From: Candidatus Latescibacterota bacterium
GTDB lineage: Bacteria > Latescibacterota > UBA2968 > GCA-2709665
Assembly (NCBI GenBank): GCA_965222075.1
Contig: OZ244937.1
Location: forward strand, 2,304,001-2,368,000
DNA length: 64,000 bases
Direction: 5' to 3'
Shown here: one piece after another, positions 49,001 to 58,183 of the stretch
How the letters are laid out: each line of letters begins with the position of its first letter
Numbering within the stretch: position 1 is the first letter of the stretch
Made by a program: the position numbers and the translations under genes
The notes under the pieces: model-generated
Seen by the model: only the letters and a program-made list of their open reading frames with translations
What the model was told of the DNA's origin: nothing
The model's database searches: none

Positions 49001-50581
49001 GAGGCCGTGGTTGCCCCCCGAAGCTGGTACGCGGACAAGTCCAAGAAGACCGTCCAGGTGGAGCACCGGGACAAGGCCGCCAACGCCCTGGGCGTGCTTG
49101 GCCTGTCGGCGCAGGAATCGGAAATTTTCAAAGGATCTCCAACCCGGATTCAGGACTGTCTCTCCGCGGGCCGCTGGTTCCGGGAGGGCGAACGAAAAGT
49201 CGCCGTTGTCCCCGAAGAGATGGCCAAACTCCTCGACATCACCTCCGATGACGTCGGCCGCACCCAGGTCCGCCTCTTTGGAGACCTCTTCACCGTCGTC
49301 GGCATCCTCATCTCGGACCGGATGGAGGAACTGAAAGACCTGGACGGGGAAACCCTGACACCTGCGGATTTCGTAGAAACCGACCGGAACGTCTTCCTGC
49401 AAATGGCCCAGCAGGAACAGCGAGAGAAAGCCGGCCTGGAGGACCCCGATGTGGACATCATGGAATTCGAACACCTCGACCCGGCAAACGTCCTGATCGT
49501 CCCCTACCAGACTCTGCGCGAAGTCAGCAGCCCTCTCCAGGCAATCGCCGTCCGGTTCCGCGATCCCACCGTGGTCGACGCCCGTACAAAAGACTTCATC
49601 TCCCGGCTCTCCGTGGTCCTCTTCGCCGGGATTCCCCAGATAGGCCCCGACGGAGAAATCGGACGCATCCGCGTCTCCGTCTTCTCCTCGCTTGGGCACA
49701 CGTCGCTTCGCGGCATCAGCAACCTCTTCATCCCCATCGCCATCGCCGCCCTCATTGTCCTCAACACCATGATGGGGTCTGTCTACGAACGGTTCCGCGA
49801 AATAGGCATCTACTCCTCGGTCGGACTCGCTCCTGTACACATCGCCTTCCTCTTCCTGGCCGAGTCCTGTGTCTACGCCGTGCTCGGAGCGGTATCGGGC
49901 TACCTCGTCGCTCAGGGCGTCGCCTGGTTCCTCCTCAACCAGGGCATCCTGCAAGGCTTCACCCTCAATTACTCTTCCCTCTCTGCCATGGGCTCCTCCG
50001 GGCTGGTCATGCTCGTGGTTATCGTCTCCACCGTATACCCCGCGCGCCGGGCGTCGCAGATGGCCGTCCCCGACATCACCCGGCGTTGGAAGATCCCCGA
50101 CCCGGACGGCGACCGGTGGCACTTTGAATTTCCCTTTACCATCGCGGGCAGGGAAGTCCTGGGGCTCTTTACCTTCCTGACCCGGTATTTCGACTTCCAT
50201 ACCGAGGGATCGATGGGCAACTTCTACACCGAAGGCGCGCACCTTTCGGTCCTCACCACAGATCAGGGAGAGGGATATACCATAAGCACCACCATCTGGC
50301 TGGCTCCCTTCGACCTCGGCGTCAGCCAGACCGTACAGCTCAGATCCAGGCCGACCGGTGACCACGACATCCAGGCCTTGGACATCACCATCCAACGCCT
50401 GTCGGGCGACGTCTCCTCCTGGAAGCGCTGCAACCAGCGGTTTATGAACCAGATCCGCAAACAGTTCCTCATCTGGAGAACCATCGCCCCCGAGGCCCAA
50501 AGCCAGTACCGGGACGAAGGCCGGCAGCTCATCGAAGCGTCCCCGGGTGAGGAAATGGAGAAGGTAGAGGCAGGAGACTGA
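46022..50581 (+). CDS. PA + M28-peptidase-like ectodomain fused to a MacB/FtsX-type permease, copy 2
   Basis: Collinear paralog of 39436-43944; 46170-47164 is nearly identical to 39584-40578. Confidence 0.8.
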   Translation: MRLTWKNITLALFIAVLFVPLVVFSPETVTDHLVAFFNIRYPEPPPQKFASGQKALAAAVRASISEADVKAHLTRLTSSGSRVVGYPGHEAAYHYIKDAFQQIGLEQVTVEAYDVTAPIDKGCSLKILGDSRTIPLYAVWPNLVRTSTLPGKGLQAPLVDGGSGEFSDFNGKDLQGSVVLMSFNSWNRWMNASMLGAKAVIFVGPDSTTTAEAEQKFFQVPLNVPRFWIGRQEGEALRRRLSLGERIEVEVKGRMVWEKHKAHNVFGRITGRHPRLKDEIVLFDAYYDAMSVVPALAPGAEQASGLVALLELAEYLKAHPPAHTVLFLATSAHHMGFRGVCDFLGRHARKEEHFAPLMTDPIDIRLWVSLDLSSHTDQIGVWNGSSSFYYQRFFTPLGKMFSQLGAELAPAFGLNAARSLVDGINPPSGMSWRMFIPGGRIKTDSEVVLTAGMPTLAFVTINDARFRVDTPFDTVEGVNIPNLTNQTQLLTGVFSKALDDPYFLPDYKVAMKDRMRALKGRILTFPRRSITPDRPRKGAIVALRMSHQKSVKGVRTFFYDVADENGEFFIPGLAVRWVGLSAYYLDPETGDITYAPDRGQASRIYKPEFGMDWWITRATRILFPCISTDFYDTVDPRYLTKLSSLSVYGDGNVAPQEYGYTIGYGRNEPVGVVFTRPNEKVKLVMRSGQVGIRYLLINATDASSEEIARGDGFTTITHGAITHTAFQAASDMWILNEARMRELRAYGIENFRLNTLHEQAAKHLDRARSGRKDLRWDDFVKHSRAALGLESRAYPDVKSTQNDVIRGVVFFMALVIPCAFFAERLIFTASDIRWMLTGFTGIFVVIWIFLSLVHPAFDLSNPFVILLAFILLALACFVISIVFSRFNANMRNLRTEAAVIHDVDVGRVSASVAAFQLGIANMKRRKLRTVLTFSTLVLLTFTVLSFTSIKSLLRFHQIARDNQGTYPGMLIRSKYWAALEESVLDYAQATFEGEAVVAPRSWYADKSKKTVQVEHRDKAANALGVLGLSAQESEIFKGSPTRIQDCLSAGRWFREGERKVAVVPEEMAKLLDITSDDVGRTQVRLFGDLFTVVGILISDRMEELKDLDGETLTPADFVETDRNVFLQMAQQEQREKAGLEDPDVDIMEFEHLDPANVLIVPYQTLREVSSPLQAIAVRFRDPTVVDARTKDFISRLSVVLFAGIPQIGPDGEIGRIRVSVFSSLGHTSLRGISNLFIPIAIAALIVLNTMMGSVYERFREIGIYSSVGLAPVHIAFLFLAESCVYAVLGAVSGYLVAQGVAWFLLNQGILQGFTLNYSSLSAMGSSGLVMLVVIVSTVYPARRASQMAVPDITRRWKIPDPDGDRWHFEFPFTIAGREVLGLFTFLTRYFDFHTEGSMGNFYTEGAHLSVLTTDQGEGYTISTTIWLAPFDLGVSQTVQLRSRPTGDHDIQALDITIQRLSGDVSSWKRCNQRFMNQIRKQFLIWRTIAPEAQSQYRDEGRQLIEASPGEEMEKVEAGD

Positions 50582-50678
50582 GTGGATCAAAAACCCGGTC
50601 ACCGTGTTCATCCCACCACCGCGAACAATACACCCCGACAGGTCAGGCGGTTGAATCGCCAGATAAAGGATTGGAGAA

Positions 50679-51956
50679 ATGGACGCGCTGGGCAGGCACA
50701 TCCTCGTCGAACTCTACGGGTGTCCTCCGTCTGCGCTGAACGATGTCACCCACATCGAGCAGAGCATGGTCAAGGCCGCCCGGGAGGCCGGCGCCACAAT
50801 CATCAACACCACCTTCCACCCTTTCTCTCCCTACGGCGTCTCAGGCACCGTGGTCATCCAGGAAAGCCACCTGGCGGTTCACACCTGGCCCGAATACGGA
50901 TTCGCTGCGGTTGACCTCTTCACCTGCGGCGATAAACTCGACCCCTGGACGTCCTACGGATCCCTGAAAGCATCCTTCCAGGCCACCCACGGGTCGACCC
51001 TGGAAATGCACCGCGGGCAGCTCAATCTGCTGAAGAAGGTGGCCTCAGACACCCGTCCGCCTGATCAATCCAAAAAAAAACAGGATGTCCCGCAGCATTT
51101 CCGGAACATCTGGTTTACGGATAAAAACGAAGACATCGCCCTCTCCCTCAGACACGCCGGTATGCTCTACAGAAAACAATCCTCCTTCCAAAAAGTTGAA
51201 ATTTTTAACACCTACGGGTACGGAAAAATGCTCGTCCTGGACGGCGCTGTAACATGCACGGAAAAAGACGAATACATCTACCACGAAATGATCGTCCACG
51301 TGCCCATGCTCACCCATCCCGGTTCCGAGCGGGCTTTGATCATCGGCGGCGGAGACGGCGGCGCAGCCAGGGAGCTCCTCAAACACGACTGTCTCAGCGA
51401 GGTGGTCCTGGTCGAAATCGACGACGCCGTGGTCGAAGCCTCAAAAGCACATCTACCGTCCCTCGCCTCTGCCTTTGGAGACCCCAGACTCACCCTTAAA
51501 ATCCAGGACGGCGCTGCCTACATCCGGGCCTGTCCGGACGCTGCCTTCGACCTCATCGTCATCGATGCCACTTACCCCATCGGTCCGGCGGAGACCCTCT
51601 TCTCCAGGGAATTCTACGCGCAGGTCCACCGCTGTCTGAAAGCGGACGGCCTCATGGCCGCCCAGACCGAGCCCCCCACGCTTTACAGCCAGACCTTCAA
51701 AGAGATCTATCAACACCAGCGCCACACCTTTGGAGAAGACCGGGTGCACTGCTACCTGGCCTTCATCCCTACCTACACCACGGGCATGTTGAGTTTCTCC
51801 TACGCTTCAAAGGGATATCTGCACCCACTTGAACACTTCGATCCGGAAAAATCCGGGACATTTGCGGCAAAACACCACCTGCGGTACTACAACAAAGAAA
51901 TCCACCAGGCCGCGTTTGCCCTGCCCACTTTCCTCAAAACCCTGCTGGAGGGCTAA
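50679..51956 (+). CDS. speE: S-adenosylmethionine decarboxylase / polyamine aminopropyltransferase fusion (SpeD-SpeE)
   Basis: N-terminal LGRHIL...[14 protein letters not shown]...DLFTCG (pyruvoyl cleavage site); C-terminal [19 protein letters not shown] and VEID. Confidence 0.92.
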   Translation: MDALGRHILVELYGCPPSALNDVTHIEQSMVKAAREAGATIINTTFHPFSPYGVSGTVVIQESHLAVHTWPEYGFAAVDLFTCGDKLDPWTSYGSLKASFQATHGSTLEMHRGQLNLLKKVASDTRPPDQSKKKQDVPQHFRNIWFTDKNEDIALSLRHAGMLYRKQSSFQKVEIFNTYGYGKMLVLDGAVTCTEKDEYIYHEMIVHVPMLTHPGSERALIIGGGDGGAARELLKHDCLSEVVLVEIDDAVVEASKAHLPSLASAFGDPRLTLKIQDGAAYIRACPDAAFDLIVIDATYPIGPAETLFSREFYAQVHRCLKADGLMAAQTEPPTLYSQTFKEIYQHQRHTFGEDRVHCYLAFIPTYTTGMLSFSYASKGYLHPLEHFDPEKSGTFAAKHHLRYYNKEIHQAAFALPTFLKTLLEG

Positions 51957-51959
51957 GCC

Positions 51960-52055
51960 ATACGGCTCACCTTTCTCGGCACAGCGCCCATGTCCGATCG
52001 CAAAAACGTCTCCCTCGCCAATGAAATCCGGCGCATCTACGGAACCGCTGCTTGA
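51960..52055 (+). pseudogene. Remnant of an MBL-fold hydrolase N-terminus
   Basis: ATA-CGG-CTC-ACC-TTT-CTC-GGC-ACA-GCG reads (M)RLTFLGTA, 7 nt after GGAGGG; the frame stops after 31 codons. Confidence 0.4.
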
Positions 52056-52075
52056 AACCATAGGGTGTGTGAACC

Positions 52076-52675
52076 ATGTTCTACCATGCAAAAGAAAACA
52101 GCATGCCCCCGGGCCTGTTGAACAGTTGTGACGTCCCCAGGTCCATCTTCTGGATATCCACACAGAGCCGCGAGGGCATCATCAACCTGGCCCCGTACAG
52201 TTTCTCTTCGGCCGTGGCCTACAAACCGCCGCAGGTCATGTTCGCCGTCACCGGATTGAGAAAGAACCGGCAGGAAGCGGATACCCTCGCCAACATTCGG
52301 GAAACCCGTGAATTTGTCGTCAACTTTCCTCCCTATGCGTTCAGAAACGAAATGAACCAGACCTGTGCATCGGTTGAGCCGGAAGTGGACGAAATGGCGC
52401 TTGCAGGCCTCGAACCCGCGGCATCGGTTCTGGTCAACCCGCCCGGCGTCAGGGAATCCCCCATTCGCTTGGAGTGCCGTCTGTACAGGATATTCGAACT
52501 GCTCGGCGACCACAACACAATGGTCGTGGGTGAAGTCCTGGGCATGCACATTGAAGACCACGTCCTGTCCAATGGCGAGGTGGACTGGTTGAAGTACAGG
52601 CCGATTGCCCGCATGGGCCGCAGCGACGGCTATACCGTCGTAAATACGTTGTTCTCCATGGACCGGCCGGAATAG
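52076..52675 (+). CDS. Flavin reductase-like FMN-binding protein
   Basis: VPR.I.WIST, NLAPYSF, DTLANIRETREFVVN, ESPIRLEC and IARMG motifs. Confidence 0.88.
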   Translation: MFYHAKENSMPPGLLNSCDVPRSIFWISTQSREGIINLAPYSFSSAVAYKPPQVMFAVTGLRKNRQEADTLANIRETREFVVNFPPYAFRNEMNQTCASVEPEVDEMALAGLEPAASVLVNPPGVRESPIRLECRLYRIFELLGDHNTMVVGEVLGMHIEDHVLSNGEVDWLKYRPIARMGRSDGYTVVNTLFSMDRPE

Positions 52676-52706
52676 GGGAAAGCCTCAACAGCGGAAAGGA
52701 GGAACC

Positions 52707-53453
52707 TTGGCAAAAAAGATCCGGGATTATGTCCGCTTTACGCAAAGACTGGAGGCCCTGGCCCGGCCTCACCTGCAGGTAGAAACCATCGGCGTCGTCA
52801 ACGACTATCCCGTACATCGCGTCCTCCTGGGAGAAAACCGGGGCAAGCGCAAAAACGTCCTGGTGACCTCGGGGACGCATGGAGATGAACCTGCCGGTCC
52901 CAAAGCCGTCCTGCATTTTCTGAGACGGGACCTCACAGACCTCCTGCAGCACTTCAACTTCCTCATATTGCCCTGCATCAACCCGTATGGATATGTGCAC
53001 AGCCAGAGGGAAAACCGTGAGGGGGAAGACATCAACCGCGCATTTGAGAAAGAGAATGTCGCCGAGGCCAACATCGTCAAAGAGGCGCTTCGGAAACAGC
53101 GGTTCAGCCTCTTCATCGAATTTCACGAAGACTGGGAAGCGACCGGGTTTTACCTTTACGAGGGTCGGCATGAAACATGTGGGATCGGCCCGGAAATCAT
53201 CCGCCGTGTGGAAAAAATCGGTCCGATTGACACAGAGACATCCGAAAACGACATCCTGGTCTCCAAAGGCGTCTACGGTGTTGATCCGGCCTGGGGCACC
53301 CAGGGGATGGCCTCTTATATCCACCACTTCCATTCCGATCACGTCATCACCTGTGAAACGCCCACAGGCTGGGATCTCGAACGGCGAGCAGACGCTCATC
53401 AAATAGCGCTGGACACCGTCCTGGAACACCATCGGCGCACAGGTCGCTTCTGA
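52707..53453 (+). CDS. M14 family metallocarboxypeptidase / desuccinylase-like protein
   Basis: GTHGDEPAG, PCINPYG, DINRAF, FHED and TCETP motifs. Confidence 0.85.
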   Translation: MAKKIRDYVRFTQRLEALARPHLQVETIGVVNDYPVHRVLLGENRGKRKNVLVTSGTHGDEPAGPKAVLHFLRRDLTDLLQHFNFLILPCINPYGYVHSQRENREGEDINRAFEKENVAEANIVKEALRKQRFSLFIEFHEDWEATGFYLYEGRHETCGIGPEIIRRVEKIGPIDTETSENDILVSKGVYGVDPAWGTQGMASYIHHFHSDHVITCETPTGWDLERRADAHQIALDTVLEHHRRTGRF

Positions 53454-53456
53454 TTT

Positions 53457-54200
53457 ATGCCAACATTCCACACACGCGAAACGCTTGCGCAGGACCTCGG
53501 AACGCTCGGCGTCGAACCGGCGGATATCCTCTTTGTCCACGCTTCCTTCAAAAGCCTCGGTCCTGTCGAATCCGGCGCAGAGACCGTGGTCCGGGCCCTG
53601 GAGGACGCGGTCGGTCCCCAAGGCCTCATCCTGATGCCCTCGTTCAACCTCGTGCCTCCCGACAGAGACGGGCGGGCGGAGCGCTGGAACATCGAAACCA
53701 CCGCGTCCACCGTAGGATGGATCACCGAGTTTTTTCGCCGGATGCCCGGCACGTACCGCTCCGACCACTACTCCCACTCCGTGGCCGCCCGGGGAAAGGG
53801 TGCGGAACACTGGGTGGCCGACCACCTCAGCCGTGAGGGCTACAAATCGCCCTGGGACTGCGAACCGTGGGGCAAGACCTACGGCACGCACTCGCCGATG
53901 TACAGGGCCTATCGGGCCAATGGAAAAATCCTCATGCTGGGCGTGGACTACGAATCTTCCACCTACATCCACCTTGTCGAAGTCCTCTACTGGCACAAAC
54001 TGCGAAACCGGAATCCCGAAGCGCGCTACCCAGGTATAAAACGCCCGGTACTGGGCGCATTCTGGGACCGGGTCGGCACCCTGAGCAGAGGCCTGATAGG
54101 CGATGCCGACTGCCGGCTCTTCCGGGTGAGGGACTACGTCCACACCCTCCTCCACGAAGTTGAAACCAACCCCGATCCATACCTGAGACAGAGGAAGTGA
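53457..54200 (+). CDS. AAC(3)-family N-acetyltransferase
   Basis: LFVHASFKSLG, LMPSF, GWITEFFR, RSDH..HS, LGV...ST.IHLVE motifs. Confidence 0.85.
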   Translation: MPTFHTRETLAQDLGTLGVEPADILFVHASFKSLGPVESGAETVVRALEDAVGPQGLILMPSFNLVPPDRDGRAERWNIETTASTVGWITEFFRRMPGTYRSDHYSHSVAARGKGAEHWVADHLSREGYKSPWDCEPWGKTYGTHSPMYRAYRANGKILMLGVDYESSTYIHLVEVLYWHKLRNRNPEARYPGIKRPVLGAFWDRVGTLSRGLIGDADCRLFRVRDYVHTLLHEVETNPDPYLRQRK

Positions 54201-55162
54201 TGGCTGGCCTGCTCAACGGGGTACGCGCTGCCTGCAAGGCGGTTACCAGCAGAGCGACCCACGTCCGGATTGACTACGATTCCATCCCGTCCTACGCCGC
54301 ATCTCTCCCGCTGGAGCAGATCGCGCATCCAAAGATCGATCCCGACTGCCACTACCTCGGCTGGGGCGACGACACGGTCGCTTTCTTCCTCACCCTGAAC
54401 GCCGTCAACTTCAGCTCCGGCTATTCTCCCTATCTGCGGAAGCGCCCCGGTATGTCCGGATACTTCACCGTGGCCTCTTCCCTCAACGACCACTACAGCA
54501 CCCACGGCCCGCTCTCGGCACAGGACCTGACGCGGCTTTCCACAGACGATTGCACGGCGATATTCGGCCAGGAGCCTGACAACCGCATCGTTCGCGAACT
54601 CCTGCAGCACTTCACCACGGCCCTGAACGACCTGGGCCGGTACCTGCTCGACCGTTTCGATGGAAGCTTTGTCCGTCTGGTTGAAACAGCAGACGCATCC
54701 GCCGAGCGGCTCGTAGAGTTGCTCATCAAAATGCCCTGCTTTAAAGACGTGGAATCCTACGGCGAACTGGAAGTCCCCTTCTACAAACGGGCGCAAATTA
54801 CCGCTGCAGACCTCTCCCTGGCATTCGACGGCCGGGGACCGGGCCGGTTCGACGACCTGGACCACCTCACCATCTTCGCGGACAACCTCGTCCCCCACGT
54901 CCTCCGTCTCGACGGCATCCTGCACTATACGGATACCCTGGCCGCCCGTATCGATGCGGAAAAGGAGATCCCGTTGGGATCTGCCGAAGAAGTTGAAATT
55001 CGGGCGTGCGCCGTCCATGCGGTGGAGGTCCTGGTCGATGAGCTCCGCCAATGTGGGCACAGCGTAGCCGCAAGAGAACTCGATTACCTCCTCTGGAATC
55101 GGGGCCAGGGGCCTGCCTACAAAGCACATCCGCGCCACAGAACGCGAAGCGTCTTCTACTGA
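54200..55162 (+). CDS. Queuosine salvage nucleotide N-glycosylase (QNG1/DUF2419 family)
   Basis: LNAVNF, FYKRAQITAADL, LTIFADNLVPHVL, EVEIRA, LDYLLW and H.TRSVFY motifs. Confidence 0.85.
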   Translation: MAGLLNGVRAACKAVTSRATHVRIDYDSIPSYAASLPLEQIAHPKIDPDCHYLGWGDDTVAFFLTLNAVNFSSGYSPYLRKRPGMSGYFTVASSLNDHYSTHGPLSAQDLTRLSTDDCTAIFGQEPDNRIVRELLQHFTTALNDLGRYLLDRFDGSFVRLVETADASAERLVELLIKMPCFKDVESYGELEVPFYKRAQITAADLSLAFDGRGPGRFDDLDHLTIFADNLVPHVLRLDGILHYTDTLAARIDAEKEIPLGSAEEVEIRACAVHAVEVLVDELRQCGHSVAARELDYLLWNRGQGPAYKAHPRHRTRSVFY

Positions 55163-55250
55163 CCGCTACACCGCTTGACACACCCGGGAGAAAGCTCTAT
55201 TTTTAGTTCGGATTTTACAGAACCCGGAACATCTATTTCGGAGGAATCCC

Positions 55251-55502
55251 ATGACAACAATACAGGCCACAGCGCTCAAAGAGACGCTTGAGGCGATGTT
55301 CGACAGCATCTCCAAAAAAGAGGGCGTTACGGAGCACCTCGTTCAAATCAGCAGGCTCCAGCAGGAAATCGCGCCCACGGCATCCCCTGAACTTTCACAC
55401 TACCTCCAGAACCGCAGCTATACAAAGGCCCTCGAATACCTGAAAACCGGCTTTGTAATCGAGGACCTCAAACGTCCGGACTGCGACGGTGACCACCCAT
55501 AA
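55251..55502 (+). CDS. Small helical hypothetical protein
   Basis: GGAGG Shine-Dalgarno; upstream TTGACA-17-TATTTT at 55175-55203; LSHYLQNRSYTKALEYL motif. Confidence 0.65.
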   Translation: MTTIQATALKETLEAMFDSISKKEGVTEHLVQISRLQQEIAPTASPELSHYLQNRSYTKALEYLKTGFVIEDLKRPDCDGDHP

Positions 55503-55531
55503 AATCCACCTGCACCCACAAGGCTATCCCT

Positions 55532-56299
55532 ATGATCAACAGCATCCGTCAGCGTGTGCTCAACAGCGACCTGCTGGCCGGCACCTTTATCAACCTCGGC
55601 TCCAGTCTCACCGCCGAAATGGCCGCGCAGAGCGGATTCGACTGGGTCTTGATCGACATCGAGCACGGCGCTGGAGACCACGAAAGCCTGGTCCACCAGC
55701 TCCAGGCCGTGGGCGGCACACCGGCTGCGCCCATCGTCCGGATCGCCTCGAACGAACCGCCCCGCTTCAAAAGGGTGCTCGACATGGGCGCATCGGGCGT
55801 CATGGTCCCCTACATCAGCAGCGTGGCCGAAGCCGAGCAGGCGGTCGCCTCCATGCGCTATCCCCCCCGCGGCATCCGGGGAGTGGCCAAACTGAACCGG
55901 GGCAGCGGTTTCGGTGTGGACTTTGAAGACTACTTCGCCCGCTCCCACGAACTGCTCACCACCGTCGTCCAGATCGAAACCCGGGAAGCCCTTGACTGCA
56001 TCGACGGCATCGCGGCCGTGGACGGCGTGGACGTCCTCTTCATCGGACCGCTCGACCTGAGCGTCAACCTGGGCATCCCCGAACAGTTCGACAACCCCAA
56101 ATTCTCAGACGCGCGCCAGAAAGTCGCCAACGCCGCCCGCAGGGCCGGCAAGGCCGCCGGCATCCTCCTCCTGAATCCCGCGCAAATTGAAGCGACCGTC
56201 CAGGCCGGATTCACATTCGTCGCCCTCGGCTCGGACGGCGGCCTTGTTGCGAACGGCATGCAGCAGCTCGCCTCGGCCTTCGAACCCTACAGAAAATAG
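55532..56299 (+). CDS. HpcH/HpaI aldolase family protein
   Basis: FDWVLIDIEHG, KRVLDMGA, RYPPRGIRG, QIET and FIGPLDLS motifs. Confidence 0.92.
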   Translation: MINSIRQRVLNSDLLAGTFINLGSSLTAEMAAQSGFDWVLIDIEHGAGDHESLVHQLQAVGGTPAAPIVRIASNEPPRFKRVLDMGASGVMVPYISSVAEAEQAVASMRYPPRGIRGVAKLNRGSGFGVDFEDYFARSHELLTTVVQIETREALDCIDGIAAVDGVDVLFIGPLDLSVNLGIPEQFDNPKFSDARQKVANAARRAGKAAGILLLNPAQIEATVQAGFTFVALGSDGGLVANGMQQLASAFEPYRK

Positions 56300-56395
56300 C
56301 CCACTATCCCGGCCTGGAACCTGCGATGTGGTCGTCCAGACAACCGACCAGGTCCGCATCGACCGGTTTCTCACTTGTACAAGGAGGTGGAACGG

Positions 56396-57349
56396 ATGGT
56401 CCGGGAAAAACCTGACACCCTCAGAAAAACCTTCAACGCCTGCGGGGTCTATGTCTTTGTGATGACCCCTATGAAAACCACCAGGAACCGGCAGGGGAAG
56501 CACGATATCGACCTGGAAGGCGTTGAAAAGAACATCCGGTATTTTTCCGGCATCACAGGCGAGAAGACCATGGTCCTCTGCGGTGGGTCGGGCGAATTCT
56601 ACGCCCTCTCCCCTGCGGAGGTCAAAGCCATTGCCAAAGCCGCAGTCGTCGGCGCAGAAGGGCGCTGCAAAATCGTCTCCGGCATCGGCGGCCCCACAAA
56701 AACCGCCGTCAAAATGGCCGAAGCCGCTCAGGACGTTGGCTGCGATGCCGTCTTAGTGATGCCCCACGACCCGGTTGTCAAACGCGGGGAGAAAACCATA
56801 TGGGACCACCACCGGGCCATTGCCAGGGCCATCGACATCGGCTTCCTCCCCTTCCGGGCCCCGCGCCAGCTCCTCTCCATCGATCTGGTCAAACGGTTCG
56901 CCAGGGTCAAAAACGTCGTCGCCATCAAAGAGGAAAGCGGCGCCGTGGACTGGGTCAGAACCGGACGCCGCGGAACGGACAACACCGTTCCCTTCATCAC
57001 CGGCGGGGGAGAGAATATGGTCCCCTACTACTACCTGGCCGGCGCGGTGGGCTTTACCACCGGCATGGCCAACCTCTCCCTCTCCATGTCCATCAAGCTC
57101 CACAACGCCGCCATCCAGGGCCACTGGAAAGAGGCCATGCGCTTCCGGGACTATTTTGAGCCCCTCACCGAGATGCGCCGCCAGCTCGGCACCCCTATGC
57201 TCAAGGCGGGCCTGGAAATGATGGGCCTGGCCGGCGGCCCGGTCCGCGACACCCGCGCCCTTTACGCCCCTTCCGCCGGCGGTAACATGCTCGATGCCCC
57301 GAACAGGCGCAGGCTCCGGCGCTTCCTGAAGCAGAAGGGCGTGCTTTAG
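56396..57349 (+). CDS. DHDPS/NAL family class I aldolase or dehydratase (KDG dehydratase-like)
   Basis: MTP, GGSGEFYALS and AIKEESG (Schiff-base lysine) motifs; AAGGAGGT Shine-Dalgarno. Confidence 0.85.
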   Translation: MVREKPDTLRKTFNACGVYVFVMTPMKTTRNRQGKHDIDLEGVEKNIRYFSGITGEKTMVLCGGSGEFYALSPAEVKAIAKAAVVGAEGRCKIVSGIGGPTKTAVKMAEAAQDVGCDAVLVMPHDPVVKRGEKTIWDHHRAIARAIDIGFLPFRAPRQLLSIDLVKRFARVKNVVAIKEESGAVDWVRTGRRGTDNTVPFITGGGENMVPYYYLAGAVGFTTGMANLSLSMSIKLHNAAIQGHWKEAMRFRDYFEPLTEMRRQLGTPMLKAGLEMMGLAGGPVRDTRALYAPSAGGNMLDAPNRRRLRRFLKQKGVL

Positions 57350-57361
57350 CGCTTGTGAGGC

Positions 57362-58180
57362 TTATGTGAGGCGGAAAACCTTCTCCGCATTCTTCCGGGT
57401 AATCCGTTCAAAAGCGTCCCTGGACAGATCCGCCGTCTTGATATAGTCGATAATCGGCGTCTTCTGACCGACCGTCAAATAGTCCGTGGCGAACATCAAC
57501 CGGGACTTCCAACGCTTGAGAAACCCCCGCCCGAACTCAGGGTCCCGTGTGATCGCGTTGTACCCCGAACCGGCCGAAAGGTCGGCGTAGAGATTCGGAT
57601 ATCTCTTGAGCAGCTGATCAACTCTTCCCCCGGAAAGGACCTTCCCCCTTGGATCGGCCTTTGCCACCCTGCCCGAAATCTCCCGCCAGAAATGCGGAGA
57701 ATGCCCGATAAACCGGGTGTTCTTATAGGTCGCCAGCATCTTCTCAAACCCTTTCAGCCCCGGCCTATCCCGGTTGATCCACGAATCGAAATGCATCACA
57801 ACACCCAGCTTCAACCGGTCGCACGCCTCGTAGACCCGCTGCTGCATCGGGTCGTCTACCCGCAGCCCGCAGAGGTTTTCGCCGTAGCCGGCGCACCCCC
57901 GGTCCATATACTCTGCAATAATCGGGTACGGATCAAACCGTCCCGGGTACCGGTGCCGGGGATTGACCGCACACAGGGGAAACAACCGGTCCCGGTGCGG
58001 CCGGGTCATCCGCAGCAGATCCTCGGTGGTCACCAAAAAATCGAGCTCTTCGGGCACCTCTACCGCCATCACCACCGCCTTCTCGACCCCGTGTCGGTCC
58101 ATCCAGCGTAAAAGCTGGTACGGTTTCAATCCCGGATTATTGTAAACGAGCTGTCCCAGGTGCACATGGGTATCAATCAC
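57362..58180 (-). CDS. Amidohydrolase_2 family metallohydrolase
   Basis: IDTHVH, MH, IGH, YPNLYADLS, LMFATDY and NAEKV motifs. Confidence 0.88.
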   Translation of the reverse strand: MIDTHVHLGQLVYNNPGLKPYQLLRWMDRHGVEKAVVMAVEVPEELDFLVTTEDLLRMTRPHRDRLFPLCAVNPRHRYPGRFDPYPIIAEYMDRGCAGYGENLCGLRVDDPMQQRVYEACDRLKLGVVMHFDSWINRDRPGLKGFEKMLATYKNTRFIGHSPHFWREISGRVAKADPRGKVLSGGRVDQLLKRYPNLYADLSAGSGYNAITRDPEFGRGFLKRWKSRLMFATDYLTVGQKTPIIDYIKTADLSRDAFERITRKNAEKVFRLT

Positions 58181-58183
58181 CTG

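Noticed and set aside
47948-50701. 917-aa antisense ORF, and similar long shadow ORFs at 52449-54155, 60211-61758 and 44223-45974
   Set aside because: They overlap well-supported genes, lack motifs, and are expected from GC-rich codon bias.
53457-54200. Aminoglycoside resistance gene
   Set aside because: The AAC(3) fold includes many non-resistance enzymes, and there is no mobile or resistance context.
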